21,601 nt of DNA from Candidatus Altiarchaeota archaeon (lineage in GTDB: Archaea > Altiarchaeota > Altiarchaeia > IMC4 > QMZM01): positions 1 through 21,601 of the forward strand of contig JAWAEV010000009.1 in the NCBI GenBank assembly GCA_038891095.1, in the 5' to 3' direction. The notes beneath the pieces are model-generated. The model searched no databases, had not been told where the DNA came from, and worked only from the letters and a program-made list of their open reading frames with translations. Positions 9,106 to 17,345 of the stretch are shown piece after piece (the first letter of the stretch is position 1; every line of letters starts with the position of its first letter). Position numbers and translations under genes: made by a program.

Positions 9106-9809
9106 GCAAATCTAAAGAGGTCAGGATAAAGCCAAGGTTTTCTAAGGAATTCAAATTTTTTAGGATTTTTCATAAACTCATCATAAATACTTAAATTAAA
9201 ATTTTTTTGTAATGGCTTGCAATTTCTTATATCTGGTAATTCTCCATAATTTTCATTTTTTACCCAACCTTTCTTTAATTCAAAATATGCCGCTCCTTTT
9301 TTCTTCTTTATTGGTTCATAAATTGAGCTAAATTCTGTTGAAACTAAATTTGCCATTTTTAAATTTTTATTTGAGGGATTTATTGTTACATGCCCATAAT
9401 TTGGTGGAATTAAAACAACATCCCCTTTTTTTGCTTCTATTAAAACAACATCTTCCACTTTTCCTTTTGATAACTTTTGCAATAGATAGTGTGCTTTTCC
9501 TTCAAGAACTTCATAAATTTCTGGATATGAAATTTTTTTCTCTGCTAAAGGATGGTAATGTCCCAATGTTTTGACATACTCACAACCAAGCATTCCTTTT
9601 GGAATAATTGTTATGTCATATCTCACCTTTGCATTTAAAAATTTTTTTCTATCCTCTTCATTTTTTGCCAAATTTCTATACATGTAATAGACATCAAAAT
9701 TTTTTGCTTTTTTTAGCCATTCTCTATCATACACAACTTCTTTCATTTCAGATAGTTTTCTTACTTCAGGAGTAATTTTCCTGCCAAAAAAATTTAAAAT
9801 TTTTTCCAT
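9102..9809 (-). CDS. pgi: Cupin-type (metal-dependent, archaeal) glucose-6-phosphate isomerase
   Basis: RYDITII, KTLGHYH, YPEIYEVLEG, IPPNYGHVTIN cupin motifs. Confidence 0.88.
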   Translation of the reverse strand: MEKILNFFGRKITPEVRKLSEMKEVVYDREWLKKAKNFDVYYMYRNLAKNEEDRKKFLNAKVRYDITIIPKGMLGCEYVKTLGHYHPLAEKKISYPEIYEVLEGKAHYLLQKLSKGKVEDVVLIEAKKGDVVLIPPNYGHVTINPSNKNLKMANLVSTEFSSIYEPIKKKKGAAYFELKKGWVKNENYGELPDIRNCKPLQKNFNLSIYDEFMKNPKKFEFLRKPWLYPDLFRFA

Positions 9810-9868
9810 AGCTTGAGAATACTTTATTAATCTTTAATTTTAAGAATTATTAAAGCAAAATTCTAACA

Positions 9869-10846
9869 ATGAAAAAAAGAACATTGATAGAATATGGTTT
9901 TTTCACTATGCTTTTATTTTTGTTAGCAATATTTACTTTTAATCTTCTAGAAAAATTTACAAACATAAGAGTCGCAGATAGTATTGTAGAAGCAAGTCCA
10001 AAAATATTTGCTGCAATTTTTGTCTTACTTGGAACTAAATTATTCTTAGAGTTAAGCAAGAAAATTTTCATTGAAGTATTTGAAAAGACTAATGCAAAGT
10101 ACGAAGGTCTGTTGAGTATTTGGAATTATTTCGTTTGGGCAATTGGTATATTCTTGGCTTTATCTATCCTAATTGGAAATTTATCTGGATTTTTGTTATC
10201 AATAGGTCTAATTGGTTTTGGATTAACAGTTGCATTGCAGACTCCTTTAACTTGCTTTGTTGCATGGCTTTTAATCATAACAAAGAAGCCATTTAGGTTA
10301 GAAGACAGAATTAAAATTGATGATACTATAGGCGATGTGGTTGATATAACTCTACTCTACACAATGATCAGAGAAGTTGGAAATGAAGGTGAGCCAACTG
10401 GAAAGCTCGTAACTTTTCCAAATTCTTTATTATTGCAGAAATCTATCGTGAATTATACCTTAGATACTGAATATATTTGGGATGAAATTTCAGTTGCAGT
10501 AACATATGAGAGCGATAGAGAGCTTGCAGAAAAAGTAGTAACGGAATGTGTTGAAGAGGTTGTTTCTGAAACTATGAAAGAGGGAGCAGAAGTTATGAGA
10601 AAATTATCTAAAAGTTATGGCGCGATAAGCAGAGGCATGCAAGCTTATATTCATTCAACACCACAAATAAGAATTTCCTTAGGAGATTCTTGGTTTAATG
10701 TAACAGCTCGTTACATATGCAAAATTAGAGAAAGAAGAAAAATAAAGACTGAAATTTCTCGCAAAATTTTGGATAAATTTAAATCAACAAAAGGCATAGA
10801 GATTGCTTATCCCCATATTGAAATTATAACAAAAGAAAAAAGTTAG
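9869..10846 (+). CDS. mscS: Small-conductance mechanosensitive channel (MscS family)
   Basis: N-terminal TM helices, GLIGFGLTVALQ pore helix, PFRLEDRIKI..GDVVDI, FPNS, VTYESD, GIEIAYP. Confidence 0.9.
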   Translation: MKKRTLIEYGFFTMLLFLLAIFTFNLLEKFTNIRVADSIVEASPKIFAAIFVLLGTKLFLELSKKIFIEVFEKTNAKYEGLLSIWNYFVWAIGIFLALSILIGNLSGFLLSIGLIGFGLTVALQTPLTCFVAWLLIITKKPFRLEDRIKIDDTIGDVVDITLLYTMIREVGNEGEPTGKLVTFPNSLLLQKSIVNYTLDTEYIWDEISVAVTYESDRELAEKVVTECVEEVVSETMKEGAEVMRKLSKSYGAISRGMQAYIHSTPQIRISLGDSWFNVTARYICKIRERRKIKTEISRKILDKFKSTKGIEIAYPHIEIITKEKS

Positions 10847-10851
10847 TTGAG

Positions 10852-11406
10852 ATGACAATAACTTACGCTGATGTTCAGAGAATTTATAGGTTAGAGAAGA
10901 ATTCAACAATATTAGAAAAACTTCCTGATAATTTTTACATAGAAGTTAACTTTCTCCTATCACAAGTTGACAGTGAGCACAAAAAATACATAGAAAAAAT
11001 TGTTTCTGAAATTTATGAAAAGAGAAAGCAGAAAATACTTTTGCAAGCTATTCGTGGCGGTGATGTTCCAGTAAATGCAACATCTAAAGAAAAGCAATTA
11101 TATTTGGAAATTTTGGAAAAAATTGAGAATTATAGAAAAGCTATTTTTTCTGATACTCCAGAAGTTGTATTAGAAGAGAAAAAAGAAGAGCCTAAAGAGA
11201 ATGAAAATAGAAAAGAAGAAGTAAAAGAACTAAACGAAGAGAAAAAAAATAGCGATTTAGTTAAGGTGAGAATTTTAGCACCACTGCCAGCAATTGCAGG
11301 CTATAATTCCTTAAGTTACGGACCCTTTAGTGAAAATGATGAAGTTTTACTTCCAAAAAAAATTGCAAAAATTTTAATTGAAAGAGGAGTGGCAGTTTCT
11401 ATATAG
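10852..11406 (+). CDS. DNA replication complex GINS family protein (Gins51/Gins15 type)
   Basis: Helical A domain (EK...LEKLPDNFY, EKRKQKIL), charged linker, C-terminal B domain VRIL..LP.I.G....YGPF...D.V.LP...A..LI.RG.A. Confidence 0.85.
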   Translation: MTITYADVQRIYRLEKNSTILEKLPDNFYIEVNFLLSQVDSEHKKYIEKIVSEIYEKRKQKILLQAIRGGDVPVNATSKEKQLYLEILEKIENYRKAIFSDTPEVVLEEKKEEPKENENRKEEVKELNEEKKNSDLVKVRILAPLPAIAGYNSLSYGPFSENDEVLLPKKIAKILIERGVAVSI

Positions 11407-12490
11407 ATAGCTTATGATAAATTTTCATTAACTTTTTTATTGTATTTTCAATTGAATGCTCCTTTACATATTCAATACAATTTTTCGAAAGTGTTTTTCT
11501 ATGCTCATATGCCTTTTCAATTAATTCTGCCAAAGTTTTAACATCTCCTTGCTCATAAAGATAGCCAGTTTTTCCATCTTTGACAGTATCTTTAAGTGCA
11601 AATGCATTTGCTCCTATGACAGGAACTCCACAAGCCATTGCTTCTAATGCAACTAAACCTTGAGTTTCTGCAGTTGATGGAAATATAAACAAATCCAATG
11701 TTGAGTAAAATCCAAGTAGATCATCTCTATTTAAAAATCCAAGAAATTTAACATTCTTCTTACCTTTTGCCAATTTTTTATAATAACTTTCTGCTGGGCC
11801 TAAACCTGCAATCAAAATTTCTCCATCAAAATTTTCTGCTATAGAAATTAAATCTTCAAGATGTTTCTCATATCCAAATCTGCCACAAAAGCCAATGAAT
11901 TTTTTTCCATGAATACCAAACTTCCTTTTGAAATCCTTTGGATTTATCTTCCTAAAAAATTTTAAGTCTATGCCATTTGAAAGAACTATAACATCATTAA
12001 CACCTTTCTCAATTAATCTCTTTTTGATAACATTTGATGGAGCAGTCACAAGGTCAAAACTATTAAGAAGTTTTTTTTCATAGTAGTTATAAACCCGTAT
12101 TAATAATCTCTGCAACTTCTCTCTTCGAGTTACATAGTTTATGTATTGATCTGCTGGTGTATGATAAGTTAAAATTTTTGGTAATGAAAATTTTTTCGAA
12201 ATGTATAAACCTGCCCATGCCATTGTAAATAATCCATGCACATGGACAACATCTAAAAATCCGGCTTTTTTTGAAATTCTTGTTGGAAATGCAACTCTAT
12301 AGCCACGATAAAATTTAAACTCAATTGAATGAAAAGGAAATTCATTCTTTTCAGCTTTATAGGAACTTTTCGGATAATATACAAATATCTCTTCTCCAAT
12401 TTCTGATAGCTTGTCTTTCCATGTTTTTATTGTGTATGTAACTCCATTAACCTGTGGAAAATATGTATCTGTAAAAAAACCAATTTTCAT
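11399..12490 (-). CDS. GT4 glycosyltransferase, monoglycosyl-lipid synthase-like (MGS/LafA-like)
   Basis: The start is more likely ATG 12490 (MKIGFFTDTYFPQVNGV) than 12535. TYHT, SNGID, GRFGYEK, ETQGLVALEAMACG. Confidence 0.85.
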   Translation of the reverse strand: MKIGFFTDTYFPQVNGVTYTIKTWKDKLSEIGEEIFVYYPKSSYKAEKNEFPFHSIEFKFYRGYRVAFPTRISKKAGFLDVVHVHGLFTMAWAGLYISKKFSLPKILTYHTPADQYINYVTRREKLQRLLIRVYNYYEKKLLNSFDLVTAPSNVIKKRLIEKGVNDVIVLSNGIDLKFFRKINPKDFKRKFGIHGKKFIGFCGRFGYEKHLEDLISIAENFDGEILIAGLGPAESYYKKLAKGKKNVKFLGFLNRDDLLGFYSTLDLFIFPSTAETQGLVALEAMACGVPVIGANAFALKDTVKDGKTGYLYEQGDVKTLAELIEKAYEHRKTLSKNCIEYVKEHSIENTIKKLMKIYHKLSI

Positions 12491-12509
12491 TGTGTTTTGC
12501 AAAGATAAT

Positions 12510-13508
12510 TTATTTCTCAAGCAACAAAAATTCATATATGTCTTTCAATTTTTCTCCAATATTTTTAAGTGAGTGTTCCTCAGCTAGTTTATATGCCGTC
12601 TTTGATAGTCTCTCTCTAAGCCACTCATCTTCAAGAAGTCTTTTCATCTGCAAGAAAAATTCCTCTTCATTTTTTGCTTTTAAGCAATTTTGTTCATCTT
12701 TCAGCCAGCCCTCATATGTTTCTAAATCTCTTACAAGAATTGGTTTTTTACAAGCAGCAGCCTCAAGGAGCACAATACCTTGATTTTCGCAATATGAAGG
12801 AAATACAAAGACATCACAACCAGAATAAACTTCTATTATATCCTCAACATAATCTTTAAGAATCACATTTTCTGGTTTGTTCTTCAATAATTTTTTAATT
12901 CTAGAATCTTCAAGAGTTCTATATCTCCTACCGACCCAAACAAATGTATTTTTTGGAAATTCTCTTGCCAAATTAAAGAATGTTTCAATCCCTTTTCTTA
13001 TGAATACATGTCCAACAGAGAATGGAATTATGCCATTGAGGTTATTTTCCTCTCTAAATTTTTTTCTCTTCTCATCAGAATGTTGAAATTTTTCTAAGTT
13101 TATACCATTGCTTATCACTTTAATTCTTTTTTTAACACCTGCATTCTTTAAAATTTTTTTCGTATACTCCGAAGGACAAAGAACTAAGTCTGCTTGGTTA
13201 TAATAAAAGGTCAATAATTTTCCAAAAATTGGTGCTATTATGTTGCTAAAGCGATAACTATTTCTAAAATCATCTGCAGTTGAATGTGCATGAATTATAA
13301 CTTTCTTTCCTTTAGCTTTCATTTTCTTTGCAAGAAAGAAGGATTTTATACCAATAGTGTTTATATGCAATATATCAAAATCATCCTTTAGATTACTTGT
13401 ATAAGCAATACCATTTAACTCAAGTGCTTTTCTTTGATTTTCTATAGCAGTGCCAATGCCACTGCCCCTAAATTGTTTTTCAAGTTCTAAATACAAGCAG
13501 ACCTTCAT
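12510..13508 (-). CDS. GT4 glycosyltransferase, diglycosyl-lipid synthase-like
   Basis: SGIGTA..NQRKAL, DILHINT, HAHSTADDFRNS, PSEYTK, SNGI, RKG, ENQGIVLLEAAA. Confidence 0.85.
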   Translation of the reverse strand: MKVCLYLELEKQFRGSGIGTAIENQRKALELNGIAYTSNLKDDFDILHINTIGIKSFFLAKKMKAKGKKVIIHAHSTADDFRNSYRFSNIIAPIFGKLLTFYYNQADLVLCPSEYTKKILKNAGVKKRIKVISNGINLEKFQHSDEKRKKFREENNLNGIIPFSVGHVFIRKGIETFFNLAREFPKNTFVWVGRRYRTLEDSRIKKLLKNKPENVILKDYVEDIIEVYSGCDVFVFPSYCENQGIVLLEAAACKKPILVRDLETYEGWLKDEQNCLKAKNEEEFFLQMKRLLEDEWLRERLSKTAYKLAEEHSLKNIGEKLKDIYEFLLLEK

Positions 13509-13509
13509 T

Positions 13510-13644
13510 TTAATATTTCATCCCAGCAAGACAGCTTTTGCAAACTCCCTTATCAGGAATGAAACAATTTTGGCAAATATCCTTGCCACATAATCTGCAT
13601 GTATATTTTGATAAAGCACCACAGATTTTACATAGTTGTCTCAT
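13510..13644 (-). CDS. 44-aa zinc-finger microprotein (4 CxxC)
   Basis: Manual translation: MRQLCKICGALSKYTCRLCGKDICQNCFIPDKGVCKSCLAGMKY*. It fills the gap between co-oriented genes, with 9-nt and 1-nt spacers. Confidence 0.85.
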   Translation of the reverse strand: MRQLCKICGALSKYTCRLCGKDICQNCFIPDKGVCKSCLAGMKY

Positions 13645-13653
13645 CTTAAATTT

Positions 13654-14085
13654 TTAAGATGCCATATTAAATTCCATCTTCCCTTGTTTTAAATTTACCG
13701 ATGGAAGTTTTATTGGAATAGGTAAGCGAACTTTCTTTGCAAGAATTATCGCTTCAATTAAGGAGCCTTGTAAAACTGCATTTGAAATTTCGCTAGATGC
13801 ATCTGCTCTTAATGCTATCCTACCTTTTTTCTCTTCTAAAATTTCACTTTTTAGATCTTTTGAATAGTACCATAGCACTCCTTCAACAATTATGTTGCCT
13901 ATATCTGGGCTATAGTTAACATCAAACTTAAATGTAACATCTAAATAATCTCCAATTCTCTCATCTTTTCCTTTTCTTATTGAGGAAATTGTGAAGTTTG
14001 ATTTCACATCAACTTTTTTAATTTCCCCATCAAAATTTTTCCTAATTGCCTCAATTTTTGTTATCTGAAAATTTACAACTGGCAT
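13654..14085 (-). CDS. Conserved archaeal hypothetical protein, possible SecB-like fold
   Basis: AGGAGGT RBS upstream; four beta-strand pattern, then a helix and LPIPIKLPSVNL. Confidence 0.7.
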   Translation of the reverse strand: MPVVNFQITKIEAIRKNFDGEIKKVDVKSNFTISSIRKGKDERIGDYLDVTFKFDVNYSPDIGNIIVEGVLWYYSKDLKSEILEEKKGRIALRADASSEISNAVLQGSLIEAIILAKKVRLPIPIKLPSVNLKQGKMEFNMAS

Positions 14086-14115
14086 TTTTCCTACCTCCTT
14101 TAATTTTTCAGTAGA

Positions 14116-14574
14116 TCATTTAACATTTCCAAATACTATGCCTTCTGAGCTATGAAAGCTATTCGTTCTAATATTAATATAAATTATATCTATATTAGCT
14201 CTATAAGAACTGCCTCTTTGATATTTTTCATTTAAATTGCAATTTATTGTTAATGTAGTGCTGCTGCTAGGAGTAATTTCAATTGGAATCTCATAGATGC
14301 ATTGATAAGAGTAATCAAAAGTTAAATTTATCTTTCTTATCTGCAATATATCAGGTGCATCATTTTTCAGACTCATATTTACAAAATTTTCATTAACTGA
14401 AAAATCCTCAATAATAATTTGCGAGAAACCTTCTATTCTTGTATTAGTAGAAATTGGCTGATAGAATACACCAGATTGCCATGATAAAACAACTAAGATT
14501 ATAGTAGATATCACAGCAAAACCAAAAACAAGTAAATATTCAACAGATGCTTGCGCAATTTTTTTTGTTTTCAT
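14116..14574 (-). CDS. Class III signal peptide (type IV pilin-like) protein
   Basis: Likely start ATG 14574: MKTKKIA/QASVEY followed by a hydrophobic helix (QxSxE type), then a beta-rich domain with two Cys. Confidence 0.8.
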   Translation of the reverse strand: MKTKKIAQASVEYLLVFGFAVISTIILVVLSWQSGVFYQPISTNTRIEGFSQIIIEDFSVNENFVNMSLKNDAPDILQIRKINLTFDYSYQCIYEIPIEITPSSSTTLTINCNLNEKYQRGSSYRANIDIIYINIRTNSFHSSEGIVFGNVK

Positions 14575-14584
14575 AGTTTCAGAG

Positions 14585-14785
14585 CTACTGCTTTGCAAGT
14601 TTTATGTCATCAGCTGTAATTGTCTTTCTTCCTGCATGAGTTGCCAATTTTATTGCTTTTGAAGAAATTTCTTTTCCAATATTCTCAAGAATATCTCTTA
14701 GCTCCTTACTGGCTTCCTCACTAACACGGGATGCGCCAGCACTTCTTATTATTCTTTCGACAGATGCTAAAGGTAATATTGCCAT
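14585..14785 (-). CDS. Archaeal histone (HMfA/HMfB family)
   Basis: LPLASVERIIR.AGA.RVS..A...L, HAGRKTI..DDIKLA; 66 aa. Confidence 0.96.
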   Translation of the reverse strand: MAILPLASVERIIRSAGASRVSEEASKELRDILENIGKEISSKAIKLATHAGRKTITADDIKLAKQ

Positions 14786-14888
14786 TTTGTTTATTACTTA
14801 TAAATTTTACTAAATATAAATATAATTAAAAAAGTTAAATGTTCAAAAGTTTTATGTGTTTTAAAAGATAAATACAATTCTTAATAAA

Positions 14889-15707
14889 ATGATTAGAAAT
14901 CCAGCTGTTGCAGGACAATTTTATCCACTATCAGAAGAAATTTTATCTGAGCAAGTAAAAAATTTTACTGAGAAAAATGCAGAAAAACAGAATGCAATTG
15001 GAGCTTTAGTGCCACATGCTGGCTATATATATTCTGGCAGGATTGCTGGTAAGGTTTTCTCAAGAATAAAAAATGCTGACTCTTTTGTTATCTTAGGTCC
15101 AAATCATACTGGCATCGGGAGAGATTTTTCAATTGTGAAAGAAGGCATTTGGAGAACTCCATTAGGAGAGGTGAAAATTGATAATTTACTAGCAAGAGAA
15201 ATTTTGATGAGATCTAAAAATATCAGTGAAGATCTCTCAGCTCATACATATGAGCATTCAATAGAAGTGCAGCTACCTTTTTTACAATTTCTATTCAAAA
15301 ATTTTCAGTTTGTCCCAATTACGATAAGACATTATATACCTGAGAAAAATTTTATTGCAATATGTGAAGAAATTGGAAAAGCAATAGCAAATGCTATAAA
15401 AAATGTTCATGAAAAAGTTGTCATTGTCGCTTCTTCAGACTTAACTCATTATGAATCCCAGAAAAGTGCAAATGAGAAAGACAAAATTGCATTAAATGCG
15501 ATTCTTGAGTTAAATCCAGAAAAACTTTTCAGAGAAGTAAAAGCAAGAGAAATTTCAATGTGCGGATTTGGACCAGCAGCTATAATGCTATTTGCTTGCA
15601 GAGAATTAGGAGCGAAAAATTCAATGCTTATAGACTATAAAACGTCCGGAGATGTAACTCATGAGTATGAACAAGTTGTTGGTTATGGAGGAGCCCTTAT
15701 TTATTGA
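14889..15707 (+). CDS. MEMO1 family protein (AmmeMemoRadiSam system protein B)
   Basis: RNPAVAGQFYP, PHAGYIYSG, GPNHTG, EHSIEVQLPFLQ, ASSDLTHY, MCGFGP, VVGY. Confidence 0.93.
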   Translation: MIRNPAVAGQFYPLSEEILSEQVKNFTEKNAEKQNAIGALVPHAGYIYSGRIAGKVFSRIKNADSFVILGPNHTGIGRDFSIVKEGIWRTPLGEVKIDNLLAREILMRSKNISEDLSAHTYEHSIEVQLPFLQFLFKNFQFVPITIRHYIPEKNFIAICEEIGKAIANAIKNVHEKVVIVASSDLTHYESQKSANEKDKIALNAILELNPEKLFREVKAREISMCGFGPAAIMLFACRELGAKNSMLIDYKTSGDVTHEYEQVVGYGGALIY

Positions 15708-15754
15708 GTTTGAAATTTATTGCTATAGCCCTGACTCTCACTAATTTTTTGAAT

Positions 15755-16069
15755 TTAACCGAAGAGTGAAGCTAAGCCTGTTGCTGCTTCTGCTTCAGCT
15801 TTTTCAGTATCCTCTTTTTTCTTTTCTTCTTTCTTCTCTGCTTTTTGTGCTTCTGTTGTTGATACTTGTGGGGCTGTTTGTGTAAATGAGAACTGAGTTG
15901 CTGCTTTAATTGCCTCATCAATATTCACTCCTTGTAATGAAGATATAACTGCTTTAACCTTTGCTTCATCAACTTCAATTCCTGTTGCGTTCATAACCTT
16001 CTTCAAATTTTCCTCATTTATCTCTTTCCCTACAGAGTGCAAGAGCATAACGCCGTATATGTATTCCAT
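15755..16069 (-). CDS. rpl12: 50S ribosomal protein L12 (archaeal P1/P2-type stalk protein)
   Basis: Start ATG 16069 ([17 protein letters not shown]) after a GGTGA RBS; Ala/Thr hinge, charged tail, GLASLFG C-terminus. Confidence 0.95.
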   Translation of the reverse strand: MEYIYGVMLLHSVGKEINEENLKKVMNATGIEVDEAKVKAVISSLQGVNIDEAIKAATQFSFTQTAPQVSTTEAQKAEKKEEKKKEDTEKAEAEAATGLASLFG

Positions 16070-16135
16070 TTTTTCACCTTTAGCATTTAAGTTCAACAAT
16101 AAAATATAAAATAGGAAAGGACATATAAAAATTAA

Positions 16136-16435
16136 CTATTTCTCTCTTAGAGTTTGCACTACAACTGAATTTTCAAATACTGAAATTGTTGCCCTTAAGT
16201 TATGGCCATTATCATCTTTGCCTAAGAGAATTGTGTGCTTGTAAATTGGTTTTTTGCTTTCTTCTTTGCCTTTTTCAAAACTTTTTAATTTTGCTTTGTC
16301 TAACGCATCCATAATTACTGGGCCTCTTGCTATAATTGCTTCAAAAATTCTTGTAGAAAATCTATTCACGCTTAGAACTTCATATTCTTTCTTATGTATT
16401 TCAACAACTTTCTTTTCTTTTAATTTTTTTGTCAT
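16136..16435 (-). CDS. Hypothetical protein (about 99 aa, basic)
   Basis: GGAGGTG RBS precedes ATG 16435 (MTKKLKEKK...); co-oriented with its neighbours; no family recognised. Confidence 0.65.
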   Translation of the reverse strand: MTKKLKEKKVVEIHKKEYEVLSVNRFSTRIFEAIIARGPVIMDALDKAKLKSFEKGKEESKKPIYKHTILLGKDDNGHNLRATISVFENSVVVQTLREK

Positions 16436-16454
16436 AGAACCACCTCCAATATTA

Positions 16455-17306
16455 TTACATACCATAAAGTGTTCTTATCCAATCAGGAGCTATAATATCT
16501 CTAACTATAATTGCAGCCTTTTGTATGCGATCATCATTACCTAAAATATAAATTTTATCCTCTCGAACTTCAATTTTCGTTTCATTTGAATATTGAATGA
16601 AAATTCCAGAATCAATTTCTTCGCATTGAAGAGTTATATTTCCTTCAGTTTCTTGGATTAAATTCTTGAACTTTTGTCTTGTGCAGTTATCACCATTTTT
16701 AACATAAGGATAAATGAAAACTTTATTTATTGCTTTTTCATACTCACTAAATTTTCTATCTTTATCAATATCAACAATTCCTGCCTGAATGAAACCATAT
16801 GCTGCTAAAATTTCTGAATATGCTTTAACTCCGTTTTGAGAGAGTTTTTCATCAACTACTATATTCATTTTATTTTCATATGGAATTAAATTTTTTATTT
16901 CAAGGAAATTTTCATGGCAAGAAACATTTGCGAGCAAACATGAGAAAACATGACAAGCGTTGAGTATCTCAATATCATCGCTACCTGAAATCACAGCTGA
17001 TTTTTCCCTTATATAAATTCCTTCCTTACCTTTTTTAATTTCTATTCTATTCCCATCAACACTTGGCGAGGAAATTGCAGAAATTTCGAAATTGCATGTA
17101 ATACCTGCTTTATTATCAGTTTTAAAAACAGCTGTCTTTTTCCATTTATGCAGATCTTCAATTGGTATTTTTGAGTATAATGGAACATTTGAGATTATCT
17201 CTGTATAAGGATAATTCTCATTAGAAAAGAGAGATCTATATGAAAAAAAGCCAAGTGCAATTGCAACTATTGTAAGTATCAGTGCAATGCTTATATTTCG
17301 TTCCAT
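16455..17306 (-). CDS. Membrane-anchored or exported hypothetical protein with two related domains and an EF-hand-like loop
   Basis: N-terminal hydrophobic helix, six Cys, repeated I.GxDD.I..A motif, DIDKDRKFSEYE. Confidence 0.7.
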   Translation of the reverse strand: MERNISIALILTIVAIALGFFSYRSLFSNENYPYTEIISNVPLYSKIPIEDLHKWKKTAVFKTDNKAGITCNFEISAISSPSVDGNRIEIKKGKEGIYIREKSAVISGSDDIEILNACHVFSCLLANVSCHENFLEIKNLIPYENKMNIVVDEKLSQNGVKAYSEILAAYGFIQAGIVDIDKDRKFSEYEKAINKVFIYPYVKNGDNCTRQKFKNLIQETEGNITLQCEEIDSGIFIQYSNETKIEVREDKIYILGNDDRIQKAAIIVRDIIAPDWIRTLYGM

Positions 17307-17345
17307 GATAAATATTAAAATTAGGGATAAAAATATAAGAATAGA

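Noticed and set aside
9832-9855. Inverted repeat CTTTAAT-N10-ATTAAAG between pgi and mscS
   Set aside because: Almost all A/T, and explicable as opposed TATA-like boxes of divergent promoters or as chance.
14889-15707. Possible complete AmmeMemoRadiSam system
   Set aside because: Only the MEMO1 component is present; there is no AMMECR1 or radical SAM gene in the window.
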